From: Chryseolinea sp. | GTDB taxonomy: Bacteria > Bacteroidota > Bacteroidia > Cytophagales > Cyclobacteriaceae | Direction: 5' to 3' | Length of the DNA stretch: 64,000 nucleotides | NCBI GenBank assembly: GCA_041742155.1 | Contig: JBGSJE010000016.1 | Span: 248,293 to 312,292 of the forward strand | In this document: positions 27,746 to 38,430 of the stretch, piece by piece | Layout: each line of letters opens with the position of its first letter | Numbering within the stretch: the stretch's first letter is position 1 | Position numbers and translations under genes: made by a program | Notes under the pieces: generated by a model | The model's database searches: none | What the model saw: only the letters and a program-made list of their open reading frames with translations | What the model was told of the DNA's origin: nothing

Positions 27746-29757
27746 TCAGGACGCGGCCGTGAGATTTTTGTCGTTTCCCGCCGGCTTTGGAATGAGGTCG
27801 TATTCAATGATCACGCGCAACGTTTCGCCTACACCCCATGCCTGGGCGATGCAACCGCGTGGTATGTGAGGCGGATCCGCATCGAAGATTTCGGAAACAG
27901 TCCCTACACCTGCTTCATTCAGGTGAGTTAAAAAACGATTGATTATTTTACTTGCTTCAGGTAGACTCTTTTCTCCTTCGACACGGATCATGGCGTCGAT
28001 ATAAGCGCCGATCAAAAAACTCCACACCGTTCCCTGGTGATAACATCCATCCCTCATCCATACCCCACCACCGTAGGATGGTTTATAATCCCTGTGGTCT
28101 GCGGCGAGACTTCTCAGTCCTTTTGGTGTCAGTAATTCCAAGCGTACCTGGCGGAGAATTTTTTTGGCATGCGCGTCTGATACCAACCCGAAGGGCAGAC
28201 TCAAAGCGTAGATCTGATTCGGCCGGAGATCCTCATTCCGGTAATCACCATCGACAAAGTCGTATAGGCAACCCGATACTTCATTCCAGAACACCTGATT
28301 AAAGCTTGTCCGGACCTTATCGGCTCTCGATCGGTAGTCGTCGGACGATTTTGGTTGTCCGGCTTCCGTTTCAAAAAATTCCATTACCCGGAGAGCGTTG
28401 TACCACAGCGCATTGATCTCGACGGCCTTGCCTCTCCGTGGTGTGACAACCCAGTCCCCAACCTTCGCATCCATCCAGGTGAGCTGAACACCTTCCTGAC
28501 CACCATACAGCAATTCGTCGGAAGGGTCTACTTTTATGTTGTACCGTGTCCCTTTATAATGCCATTCGATTATTGTCCGGAGGACCGGCAACACCTGCTT
28601 CAGAAATGATTTATCGGCCGTATAGTTGAAATACTTATAAACAGCGTGAAAGAACCAAAGCGTTGCGTCTATGGTGTTGTACTCGGGCGATTCACCGTAA
28701 TCAGGAAACCGGTTAGGAAGCATTCCATCGCTGACACTGTCGGCGAATTGCTGCAATATCTGCCTGGCCTCTTTAAATCTCCCTGTCGCCAGGCATAAAC
28801 CTGGAAGCGATATCATGGTATCTCTGCCCCAGTCTGCAAACCAGTGATACCCTGCGATAATCGTGCTCCGTTCGCCCCGTTTGACAATAAACTGGTCAGC
28901 AGCCAGCACCAGCCGTTTTACATCGTCGCTCCAGTTAAACGGTTTGATCAGTTTTTCCCGTCTCTTCTTTTCATTTGCGAAAAGTTTCAGGCCGTCTTTT
29001 CCGCCGGGGTTTTCTGCTGAAATGATTATCCCGATCCGGTCTCCTTTTTTCAGCGTAACGTAAAGGGTTCCGTGGGTAAACAGGTCCTCCTGAAAATCGA
29101 GGCCGCGGTATTGCTCGACCGCGTATTCAAAGTTATAATACCATGTCTGATGTTCGCGAAATGATGCTTCCGGTACGGCAATGAATAACTCCGGGCCGCC
29201 GTGGTAATTCAGTGTTCTGAAAATTCCGTCCTCCACAATATAGTGCCTGCCAATACTGTCGTTGGCATGCGAAAGACTATGGAAATCCCTTGCTGAATGC
29301 AAAGGAAGAAGTTCCAGTGTAAACGGCTGACTTGCCTCCAATACTTCATACACGACAACCGTTGTGTTCTCCCCATTGATCGCGGCGATGGTCTTTTTCA
29401 GTTCGACCCCACCGGCGCTGAAATAAAACTCCGGAAACAGATCCCGTTGAAACGATTTCAGGTAACTGTATCCCGTCGGGTGGACGGCGCCCGGGTACTG
29501 GTTTGTTCCAAGTTCAAATCGTTGCGAGCCGGTTTCATTTGCAACAGCTGTTTGATCGGTGACGATCGTTTCATCGAGTTTCGCCAGCAGTACAGTCCGT
29601 CCAACAGGCGGATGCAGGGCTGCCACGAGCCATGATAGCGGCGGGAATTGGCACCTGAAACAGTACTGCTGGCATAACCTCCCAGGCCGTTTGTCTCGAG
29701 CCACTCCAGGTTTTTTGATTTATCAAAATCAGCAAGTACATCTTTGTCCACTTTCAT
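27746..29757 (-). pseudogene. Glycogen debranching enzyme (GDE N-terminal domain plus amylo-alpha-1,6-glucosidase), interrupted by a 1-nt frameshift near 29629
   Basis: The N-terminus MKVDKDVLADFDKSKNLEWLETNGLGGYASSTVSGANSRRYHG is in one frame (ORF 29458..29766). The continuation LVAALHPPVGRTVLLAKLDE... is in the 652-aa ORF frame. The junction reads CATGGCTCGTGGCA. Confidence 0.8.
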
Positions 29758-29807
29758 ACGATTCAAATTTATAATACAGTTGTCCGGCCGACCGATAATA
29801 TGGTTTC

Positions 29808-32426
29808 TTATTTTTTTCGTCGTGGCTGAATTAATTTTGCTACCAGTCCCGTCCAGCCCGTTTGATGAGTGGCCCCGACACCTCTGCCGCTGTCGCCGTG
29901 GAAATATTCGTAGAAGTATACATAGTCTTTGAAGTGCTCGTCCTTTTGGAGTTTTTCATAACTTCCATTCACCGGGCGATTGCCGTCCTTATCCTGTTTG
30001 AAAATATTGACCAGGCGGCATGAAAGATCATCGGCAATTTGCCGCAGGGTTTTGAGTTGACCGGACCCGGTTGGATATTCCACTTTAAAGTCGTCGCCAT
30101 AGTAATGGTGGAAACGCTGCAGGGATTCGATGATGAGGTAGTTTACGGGGAACCAGATAGGTCCGCGCCAGTTTGAGTTCCCTCCGAACAGGGATGTATC
30201 ACCTTCGCCCGGCGTATATTTTACAGTGAACTCACTTCCGTTTGCGTAGAATTTATACGGATGCTCCAGGTGAAAACGGGAAAGCGCACGAATACCAAAC
30301 TCCGAAAGAAACTCACTTTCGTCAAGCATACGTTTCAGAAGGCGCTTCATACGATGGCCACGAAGTAGTGAAAGGAGGTGTCGCTGACCTTTTCCTTTTT
30401 CTTCCCAGCGTGAGATCAGATTGGCGAGATCAGGTCTGTTCTTCAGAAACCACTCCAGCCTCGCTGTAAATTCCGGCATGGAATCAAACAGCTCCTGATC
30501 CAGTACCTCTACGGCAAACATCGGTATCAACCCCACCATTGAGCGTATCCGCATGATCGTACGGTTATTGTCGGGTGTATGAAGGACATCGTAGAAAAAT
30601 TCATCCTGTTCATCCCATAGATCCAGTCCTTCGTTTGACATCGCGCCGGCGATGTACAGGAAATGCTCGAAGAATTTGGTCGCAAGGCTTTGATACGTTG
30701 GATTTTCCCGGGCCAACTCAAGGGACATACGTAACATGTTCAGCGTAAACATGGCCATCCAGCTTGTTCCGTCCGATTGTTCGATGTATCCGCCTGTCGG
30801 GAGTTGTGCACTCCGGTCAAAGACACCGATGTTATCCATCCCCAGAAATCCTCCCTGGAAGATGTTGTTGCCATTGGTGTCTTTCTTATTGACCCACCAG
30901 GTAAAATTCAGCAGGAGTTTGTGGAAGACCTCTTCGAGGAACTTACGATCACCGACTCCTCCCTGCAACTTCTGATCTATCTTATACACCCGCCATGTAG
31001 CCCATCCATGCACCGGCGGATTCACGTCGCCGAGCGCCCATTCGTATGCAGGGAACTGACCGTTGGGATGCATATACCACTCTTTGGTCAGCAATTTCAA
31101 TTGCTGCTTGGCAAACTCCGGGTCGACCATTGCGATCGGGATCGTATGAAAGGCAAGATCCCAGGCTGCGTACCAGGGGTACTCCCATTTGTCCGGCATG
31201 GAAATGATGTCAGCATTATTTAGGTGTGTCCAGTCGCGGTTACGCCCGTGAATTCTGCCCTCGGGAGGCGGGGGCTGCGAAGGATCGCCCTTCAGCCACT
31301 TCGCAACGTCGTAGTAGAAAAACTGTTTGCTCCATAACATGCCAGCTATGGCCTGCCGTTGGATCTTCTTTTCATCTTCATCTTTAAGATCGGCCTGCAT
31401 CTCGTTAAAAAACTCATCGGCATCTTTCAGGCGCTGGCTGAAAAGGGCGTCAAAATCCTTAAATGGTTCGGGGATGAATTTATCCGACAGGCGGAGGCGA
31501 ATGGATTTGGACTTTCCAGCGGGAATGGAAAGGTCATAGTTGTACGCCATCCGTGTGCCCTTTGGAATCGCGTTCAGCGATTGCCGGTCGCCGTTCGTAA
31601 TAAAATCGTTGATTCCATCCTTGCATGTACCGGTATTCGGAAAGTTATAGAGCCGTCTGGTATTGGTCTCGTTTTCACAAAACAATGCTGTGGGCTTTCC
31701 ATCGGCGGTGAAATAGTAGCTGCCCAGGTCGCGATGGGTGATCTTGATACATCCTTCGTCATCACGGTACATTTCAGGTTTGTAGTCGTCATAACCCCAC
31801 GACCATGTGTTGCGAAACCAGGCATGCGGAAGAACATGAAGGTCCGCTTTTTCGGTTCCGCGATTATGAACCGTGATCCGTACCAATAGGTCATCCGTTT
31901 CCGCTTTCGCGTACTCAATGAATACATCGAAATATTTGTTTTCATCAAAAATACCGGTGTCTATAAGCTCGAATTCAGGATCGAGTTTCCCCCTTCTCCG
32001 GTTTTCCTCCACCAGTCTTGCATATGGGTATTCCTGCTGTGGGTACTTGTACAACATCTTCATGTAGGAATGTGTTGGCGTGCTATCGAGGTAATAATAT
32101 TCCTCCTTGCAATCCTCGGCATGATTGCCTTCGTTCCCGGTTAGCCCGAAAATACGCTCCTTGATAATCGGATCCTTTTTATTCCACAACGCTACGGAGA
32201 GGCAAAGCAGCTGTTTGTTGTCGCTAACCCCGCCTATACCTTCCTCACCCCATCGAAAGGCTTTGCTGCGCGCGGCATCGTGCGACACATATTCCCAGGC
32301 GTTACCGTGCGGGCTGTAATCTTCACGCACGGTTCCCCACTGCCGTTCAGTAAGATAAGGTCCGAATTTTCGCCAGTTACTTTTCTTGTCCCGGTCGTCG
32401 AGGAGGCGTTGTTTTTCTGCTGTCAT
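29808..32426 (-). CDS. GH63-like (MGH1/glucosidase-type, six-hairpin) glycoside hydrolase
   Basis: 872 aa. N-terminus [30 protein letters not shown] and C-terminal [26 protein letters not shown] are typical of the bacterial MGH1-like glucosidase family as I recall it. Confidence 0.65.
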   Translation of the reverse strand: [872 protein letters not shown]

Positions 32427-32482
32427 TGATGAAGAAGTCCTTTTGGTTTGGTGTTATGTGGTAAGGTTACCGGACGTTTATG

Positions 32483-33286
32483 TCAACCGTTGTCCTCGAA
32501 TCCCGGATATAGCAACATGCCGCCGTCAACAAAGAGGGTAATTCCGTTTACATAGTCGGAATCGTCTGACGCAAGCCAGACTGCAGCTCCACCGATATCT
32601 TCGGCTTCTCCGATCCGTTTTTGCGGAATAAGTTTCAACAGCTGCTGGTAGGATTCCGGCGTCTGCCACGCCGCGTGGTTGATCGGTGTTCTGATCGCAC
32701 CGGGACCGATACTATTGACGCGTATTTTCATCGGTGCGTATTCCTGCGCGATACTCTTCATCAGCATCATCACACCTCCTTTGGATGCGGCGTAATTGGC
32801 ATGACCGGCCCAGGGAATCACCTCGTGGACGGAACTCATACAAATTATTTTTCCGGCTGCCTTTGACCTTTCCGGCACGACTCCACGCCGCAGGAATTCT
32901 TTTATCGCTTCACGCGCGCATAAAAACTGTCCCGTCAGGTTGATGCCTATAACGTGGTTCCATTCTTCAATCGACATGTCGTGGAACCTGGCATCTTTTT
33001 GAAGGCCCGCGTTGTTCACAAGAATATCAACAGTGCCAAATTGCCTGAAGACCTCCTGGTACATACTGAGGACCTCCGCTTCACTGCTGACATCCGCCTT
33101 GATCGTCATGGCAGTCCCTCCGGCCAACTGAATCTCGTTGAGCACCTTCTCCGCCTTTTCAGGACTTGACGAATAATTAACCACTACGGAGGCTCCTTCA
33201 CGGGCCAGCGCCTTCGCCACACCGGCCCCGATCCCGGAACTGGCACCGGTCACCAATGCTACTTGTCCTTCAAGTTTTTTCTTCAT
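32483..33286 (-). CDS. SDR-family oxidoreductase, glucose 1-dehydrogenase-like
   Basis: LEGQVALVTGASSGIGAGVAKALAREGASVVVNY and YAASKGG (Y-x3-K). Confidence 0.8.
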   Translation of the reverse strand: MKKKLEGQVALVTGASSGIGAGVAKALAREGASVVVNYSSSPEKAEKVLNEIQLAGGTAMTIKADVSSEAEVLSMYQEVFRQFGTVDILVNNAGLQKDARFHDMSIEEWNHVIGINLTGQFLCAREAIKEFLRRGVVPERSKAAGKIICMSSVHEVIPWAGHANYAASKGGVMMLMKSIAQEYAPMKIRVNSIGPGAIRTPINHAAWQTPESYQQLLKLIPQKRIGEAEDIGGAAVWLASDDSDYVNGITLFVDGGMLLYPGFEDNG

Positions 33287-33368
33287 GTCTATTCTGTTTT
33301 ACCTTTTAAATTACGGGTTTCTGTTCACATATCTTTTATTTTTTGGCGCACCTGTCGATTGATTTCCG

Positions 33369-34040
33369 TTAGCTGGCCAGCATCAATTCGGAAAATTCAA
33401 TCTCCCGCCGGTTGTAGGTGATTTCCCCCGCATCCTTCAACTCGTTCAATATCACGGTGACCGTTTGCCTGGAGGTTGAAATCATGTTTGCAAGATCACT
33501 GTGGGTAAGCGTGTTTTTCAAGACGATCTTGTTTCCGAAGCGTTTTCCTTCCTTACGGGCCCATTCTTTAAAACAATACATCAGCCGGGATTTTACATCC
33601 TTTGTTACCATATTGATATAACGGCTTTCGAGGCTTTTGAATTTTTCACTTACTTTGGCCATGTAATTTACAGTAAGCATATGGTTGGTCCGCATCATGG
33701 ATGCCAGTTGCTCCTGACCTATTGCGTAATAGGTGGCCCGCTCGGAAATTACTTCCGCGAATTCATAGTTGGGACCTTCATAATGCAGTAATACATCACC
33801 GAAGATATCTCCGGGAACAATAAGTTCTTTGATCATTTCATCACCCTTTTCGTTGATCTCGGAAATTTTCACTTTTCCACTGATGAGGATAAATATCCTC
33901 TTTTCACCACCCTTGGCATAGACTACCTGGTTTTTTTTTGCGTCTTTCTGGGTAAGGTTGTTACATAACTCCGTTAACTGCGCCTCAGTCAGGTTGGTGG
34001 CGAGATTGAAAGTTTTGAGATAGAAGTTTTTTGGTTCCAT
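33369..34040 (-). CDS. Crp/Fnr-family transcriptional regulator
   Basis: N-terminal cNMP-binding-like beta-barrel (RIFILISGKVKISEINEKGDE) and C-terminal HTH (LTHSDLANMISTSRQTVTVILNELKD). Confidence 0.85.
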   Translation of the reverse strand: MEPKNFYLKTFNLATNLTEAQLTELCNNLTQKDAKKNQVVYAKGGEKRIFILISGKVKISEINEKGDEMIKELIVPGDIFGDVLLHYEGPNYEFAEVISERATYYAIGQEQLASMMRTNHMLTVNYMAKVSEKFKSLESRYINMVTKDVKSRLMYCFKEWARKEGKRFGNKIVLKNTLTHSDLANMISTSRQTVTVILNELKDAGEITYNRREIEFSELMLAS

Positions 34041-34053
34041 GATGGTATTGGGG

Positions 34054-34389
34054 TTAGTGATTGAGTAAGGCGTGGACTTTTGCTGAAATCAGTGTGCGAT
34101 GAACCAGACCCGTAAGTTTGTCCACCAACGTGCCCCGCTTAAAGAAAAGGATGGCAGGAGCGGATTGAACTCCATAGACCTGGCAAAGCGCCTGATCCTG
34201 CACAGGATCCAGCGAATAAAATTTCATCCGGTGACGGTACGAACGTGCAACGTCTTCCAGAAAGGGAGCACCGAGGAGAGCCACGATGTTCCCTTCTGTG
34301 GTGATGTTGACTACGGCATCCGTCTTTCCCAGTATGATCTTATCCTGGAAGTCGCCGCTGTGGATTTTTTCGAAGAGGGTTGATCTCAT
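34054..34389 (-). CDS. Thioredoxin-fold protein lacking the CxxC active site
   Basis: VYGVQSAPAILFFKRGTLVDKLTGL aligns to the thioredoxin KYGIRGIPTLLLFKNGE segment. The position of WCGPC reads TTEGN. Start set at ATG 34389 because the TTG at 34422 would overlap the promoter-like element. Confidence 0.6.
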   Translation of the reverse strand: MRSTLFEKIHSGDFQDKIILGKTDAVVNITTEGNIVALLGAPFLEDVARSYRHRMKFYSLDPVQDQALCQVYGVQSAPAILFFKRGTLVDKLTGLVHRTLISAKVHALLNH

Positions 34390-34417
34390 TTGATTCCGTC
34401 GTTTAGGCTGGCCGGAT

Positions 34418-34433
34418 TCCAAAGGTCATGCCA
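34418..34433 (-). promoter_or_regulatory. Sigma-54-type -24/-12 promoter-like element TGGCATGACCTTTGGA
   Basis: Matches TGGCAC-N5-TTGCW except at position 6 (C to T) and at the -12 position (GC to GG). Lies about 30 nt upstream of ATG 34389. Sits 74-96 bp downstream of the two palindromes and directly downstream of a sigma-54 activator gene. Confidence 0.45.
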
Positions 34434-34497
34434 TTCGATTATCATTTTGAAAATCAATGAATTACCACTAAATGAGGCCTGATAAACGGATGGAGTT

Positions 34498-34535
34498 CTC
34501 CAATATACTGGAGGTTGGTCTCCAATATATTGGAG
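34498..34535. promoter_or_regulatory. Two tandem 16-bp palindromes (candidate enhancer/UAS): CTCCAATATACTGGAG and CTCCAATATATTGGAG
   Basis: Read directly from the sequence at 34498-34513 and 34520-34535. The second is a perfect palindrome. Start-to-start spacing is 22 bp, about two helical turns. Confidence 0.6.
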
Positions 34536-34585
34536 GCTGGCTGGCGCATTTTAATGGACGGACGGGAAGCAGTGAACCTATTTTA

Positions 34586-36955
34586 TCAAAAAGCGGGGTG
34601 TCTGGTGATGCCCAGTTTTTTCATGCGGGCTTCCAGTGTAGTGGGATTCAATTCCAGAATTTTAGCGGCGCCGTTCTCTCCTCTGATCTTCCAGTTAACC
34701 TTGTTGAGAACCCCGATGATGTGCTGCCGCTCCAGGTGCTCGAGGCTCATTTTTGATGTATCGCCGGTCGTGCCCGGTTGCCCTGTCCCAACGGCAATAC
34801 CGGGGCTCTGTACCGGTAGCCAGTCTCCGTACTGGAGGGAGTTTGAAGCCGACACGATCAAACCCCGCTCAATAATATTTTCGAGTTCACGTACGTTTCC
34901 CGGCCAGTCATAGACCACCAATGCGTCAAGTACGGGTTTTGCAACGGCTTCTATCTTCTTTCCCAGCTTAAGGGAATATTTTTTACAAAAATGAGTGACC
35001 AGCAGAGGAATATCTTCCTTTCTTTCTCTTAACGGCGGCAGTGGGATCGGAAATACATTGAGCCGGTAATAGAGGTCCGCCCGGAATTCCTTGTTGCCGG
35101 CGGATGCTTGCAAATCCCGGTTCGTCGCAGCAATAACCCGCACGTTGACCTTAATCGTTTTTGAGCTGCCTACCCTTTCAAACTCGCCCTCCTGCAATAC
35201 CCGCAGCAATTTTGACTGAAGGTCCAATGGCATCTCGCCGATCTCGTCGAGAAAAATAGTCCCTCCATCGGCGAGTTCGAATCGTCCGATTTTTTGCACG
35301 ATGGCGCCAGTGAACGCCCCTTTCTCGTGTCCAAAAAGTTCACTCTCGATGAGGTTAGCGGGCAACGCCGCGCAATTCACTTTCACCAGCGCTTTTTTAC
35401 TGCGGCGACCACTGTTGTGAATAGCGCGTGCGATCAATTCCTTTCCGGTGCCTGACTCACCCAGTATCAGGACCGTTGCATCGGTACCCGCCACCTGTTC
35501 TACTTTATCCAGCGCCTTCCTGAACTTTTCACTCTTGCTTACAATCTCTTCGAAGTTATGATCGAGCTTGATTTCCTGCTGCAGGTAAATATTCTCGGCT
35601 TCCAGTCTTTCCTTCAGTGTTTTTACTTCCTCAAGCGCATCCCTGAGATCTTCCTGAGCTTTTTTCTGTTGGGTTGTATCCACGCAGGAAATTATCGACC
35701 TGGACCAGTCTTTTTCATGTTCCGCCAACAGCACTCTTTTTACTTTTAATGTCCGTCGCCGCCCCGTTGCGGTTTTTATTTCTATTTCCCGTTCAAAGAC
35801 CGTTTCACCGCCGTCAAATGTGACAACGAGGTCACTGAATGCAGCAGGCATGAACGAGTTTGCCAGGTATTCGAAATATTGTTCCTCCGTTTCAAGTTCG
35901 AAAAGTTTAACCTGTGACTTGTTGGCATGCAGTCGTACCACTTGCCGGTAGGTATTGCGGATCTCATCCGGTGTGGTGTTAAATACGGAAAGGAGATCCG
36001 TCCCGTATTTAACTTTCAACGAGTCAATATATTTTTTGACTTGTGAAAAATCTTCCTCACACATACCGATCGGCGAATCTTCAAAGAGACTCCGGTAACG
36101 GGCCATATTTTGGTGGATCGTCTCATCTTTACGCTTTCGCTCGATCTCCGCTCCGGCCCGCGAGGCAAATATTTTCAGCACATTAAGCATGCGTTCACTG
36201 ATGACAAGCGGTTTCGTATCGAAGATCGCGATATGTCCTATAACCTCACCGTTGCTCAGAAATATCGGAACTCCAAAATAAGACTTTACTCCTTCGTCTT
36301 TCGGGAACAGGACATCCAGGTCGGCCGTGCAATAGTAATTGTCACCCTTCATGACGATCTCGCAGGGTGTTCCCGTCAGGTCGTACTCAAAATTATCGAG
36401 GAAGTGATCGTGCTCGATATAAACCAGTGTCCGGACCCGCGTCCTGGCGGTATTGGCGCATTCCGTTACGATCGCGTAACGGATGCCGGTGGAAACGATC
36501 ACATGATATGCCAGTGAGCGGAAAAAATCCCCGCCGATAACGGCAGCAGTGCCTTCCGAAATAAGCCGGAGCATCCGGTTCGGATCAGTATCTTCATCAT
36601 CGTCCTCTTTCATGAGGAAACAATTGTACCGGTTACCTTTGATTGCAACACTGATCATGGCGTACAACAAAATCCTGTCTCCGGTCTTCAACCGGATATC
36701 GAGCGGCATGATGTCCTCGCCGGGATTTTCAGCAAGCGTGCTTAACCAACCCTCGATATCTCCGGAAGAAATAAGCGGGTATAACAGCTGGCCAACCAAC
36801 GCTATCCTGGATTCACCCAGCCAGCGGCTAGCCGACTCATTGCAATACACAATCTGGCCACCGGTGTTAGTCCAAAGTACTCCCTCCGAAAGGTTATTCA
36901 GAGTAGACTCGTAAAATCCGAGTTGGCCGGGGTTCAGACCTTCAGTTTGGTTCAT
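34586..36955 (-). CDS. Sigma-54-dependent transcriptional activator (bEBP) with PAS-GAF-PAS sensory region and no receiver domain
   Basis: AAA+ core motifs are present: [30 protein letters not shown] and [13 protein letters not shown]. The C-terminal Fis-type HTH reads [21 protein letters not shown]. Start set at ATG 36955. Confidence 0.9.
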   Translation of the reverse strand: MNQTEGLNPGQLGFYESTLNNLSEGVLWTNTGGQIVYCNESASRWLGESRIALVGQLLYPLISSGDIEGWLSTLAENPGEDIMPLDIRLKTGDRILLYAMISVAIKGNRYNCFLMKEDDDEDTDPNRMLRLISEGTAAVIGGDFFRSLAYHVIVSTGIRYAIVTECANTARTRVRTLVYIEHDHFLDNFEYDLTGTPCEIVMKGDNYYCTADLDVLFPKDEGVKSYFGVPIFLSNGEVIGHIAIFDTKPLVISERMLNVLKIFASRAGAEIERKRKDETIHQNMARYRSLFEDSPIGMCEEDFSQVKKYIDSLKVKYGTDLLSVFNTTPDEIRNTYRQVVRLHANKSQVKLFELETEEQYFEYLANSFMPAAFSDLVVTFDGGETVFEREIEIKTATGRRRTLKVKRVLLAEHEKDWSRSIISCVDTTQQKKAQEDLRDALEEVKTLKERLEAENIYLQQEIKLDHNFEEIVSKSEKFRKALDKVEQVAGTDATVLILGESGTGKELIARAIHNSGRRSKKALVKVNCAALPANLIESELFGHEKGAFTGAIVQKIGRFELADGGTIFLDEIGEMPLDLQSKLLRVLQEGEFERVGSSKTIKVNVRVIAATNRDLQASAGNKEFRADLYYRLNVFPIPLPPLRERKEDIPLLVTHFCKKYSLKLGKKIEAVAKPVLDALVVYDWPGNVRELENIIERGLIVSASNSLQYGDWLPVQSPGIAVGTGQPGTTGDTSKMSLEHLERQHIIGVLNKVNWKIRGENGAAKILELNPTTLEARMKKLGITRHPAF

Positions 36956-37136
36956 AGCTGATTTGCAAGTTTTGCAAAAATCGCCTGAGAAATTGTCGGG
37001 TAAGATACAAAAAATTGCAGCGGCCGGGTACCCTGGCAAACCCGTGGCGGCGTTTTAACAGAAAAAAGCGCAACCGATTGTATCCGCCCTTGCAACGTTT
37101 GAAATTAAAGATTACTTTGTACCACTTTTTTTACCG

Positions 37137-37511
37137 ATGAAACGGACAACAGGACTTTTGCTGGTCATTCTTCTGGGCGCTTGTTCAAAACAGGAAGCTG
37201 TTGGTCGCTTTTTTGCGCTGGAGCACCACGCGTTATCCCTCGCCTCATCAAAATGCCAGAACCTGGCCGAAATGGATTGGTTAAGAGATATTATCAAACT
37301 TGCCGAGGAAGACAGCCAATACAAGGGCTCCATCTATGCGATTCAATACAGCAGTGGCCTTGTATTCCTTCACCAACCCTGGATCAGCAGCTGTTTTGGG
37401 TGCCGGATTTATAGTTGCAACGGAGAATCGCTAACATTATCCGAAAGTGAAAAGACGGAAATCCTTGCCGAAGCAAAGGATGAGAATATAATCTATACCT
37501 CTTCGCATTGA
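37137..37511 (+). CDS. Hypothetical lipoprotein
   Basis: Lipobox LLGAC after a signal peptide. 124 aa. No recognised domain. Confidence 0.55.
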   Translation: MKRTTGLLLVILLGACSKQEAVGRFFALEHHALSLASSKCQNLAEMDWLRDIIKLAEEDSQYKGSIYAIQYSSGLVFLHQPWISSCFGCRIYSCNGESLTLSESEKTEILAEAKDENIIYTSSH

Positions 37512-37545
37512 TAACGGTCGCGCCGTCACTTGCCATCAAGTCGCC

Positions 37546-38394
37546 TCAGTTTTTCCGAAGGTCTGCGTAACTCACCAACTGGATGCCCAGTCGTTTTACG
37601 GCATCTTTTACCCGCGGGTCGGTCCACGTATCGGTAACACCCTGTCTGTCGGTGGCAACATTTTCATAACCGGTGTGATAAATAGCCCGAAGCTCCGGCG
37701 AGTCTAATCCGGGGTGGTCGACAAACAAATACGTTTCTCCTCCCTTCAGGCTTTCAAGCATCCTGATAAAAGCTGCAATCTTTTCTTCCGAAGTCTCCTT
37801 CGGGCCGATGTAGCTCACTCCTTTTACTCCGAGTTCTTTCAGATCAATATCGATTTTATACTCTTTGGCGAGTTTCTTTGCGAGGGCTTTTACTTCGGGG
37901 TTCATATCATAACATCCCATATGCCCTGAGATGTGACTGATCCGGGGAATTTTTCTCATAGCCAGTTCGATCTGTGCCCGCAATTCCTTTTCCACATCCA
38001 CCATTGTCCATTTGTTTTCCGTCAGTGCCTGTCCGGGATAGTTTTTGTTGGGCCAGATCATAGGATAAAAATATCCATCCCCATCGGTAAGGCTGGGGCA
38101 GGACGAAACAGGCCTGTATTTCACGTTGTCCCATTCACTGGTAAATGCGATATGGATGCCGACATCAACGCGGGGATTCGCATTCAACAACCTGACCGCC
38201 TCGGGAAACCACGGCGAGGGTACGATTATTTCAATAGACGTCTCTATACCTTCCCTGAACGACTTGATGAGCGCTTCATTACCGGAATGCGAAAAGCCCA
38301 TATCATCTCCCCGGACGATTAAACGAGGCGACTGCTGGGCGAAACTCATGGTTGTGACACAGAGAACAAGAAATAATGCAGAGAGATTTTTCAT
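37546..38394 (-). CDS. ChbG/HpnK (YdjC-like) carbohydrate deacetylase, secreted
   Basis: LIVRGDDMGFSHSGNEA and VDVGIHIAFTSEW match YdjC-family metal-binding motifs. Signal peptide present. Confidence 0.7.
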   Translation of the reverse strand: MKNLSALFLVLCVTTMSFAQQSPRLIVRGDDMGFSHSGNEALIKSFREGIETSIEIIVPSPWFPEAVRLLNANPRVDVGIHIAFTSEWDNVKYRPVSSCPSLTDGDGYFYPMIWPNKNYPGQALTENKWTMVDVEKELRAQIELAMRKIPRISHISGHMGCYDMNPEVKALAKKLAKEYKIDIDLKELGVKGVSYIGPKETSEEKIAAFIRMLESLKGGETYLFVDHPGLDSPELRAIYHTGYENVATDRQGVTDTWTDPRVKDAVKRLGIQLVSYADLRKN

Positions 38395-38430
38395 GGCAAC
38401 ATCCGGTTGATGATTGAAAGTACGAATTAT

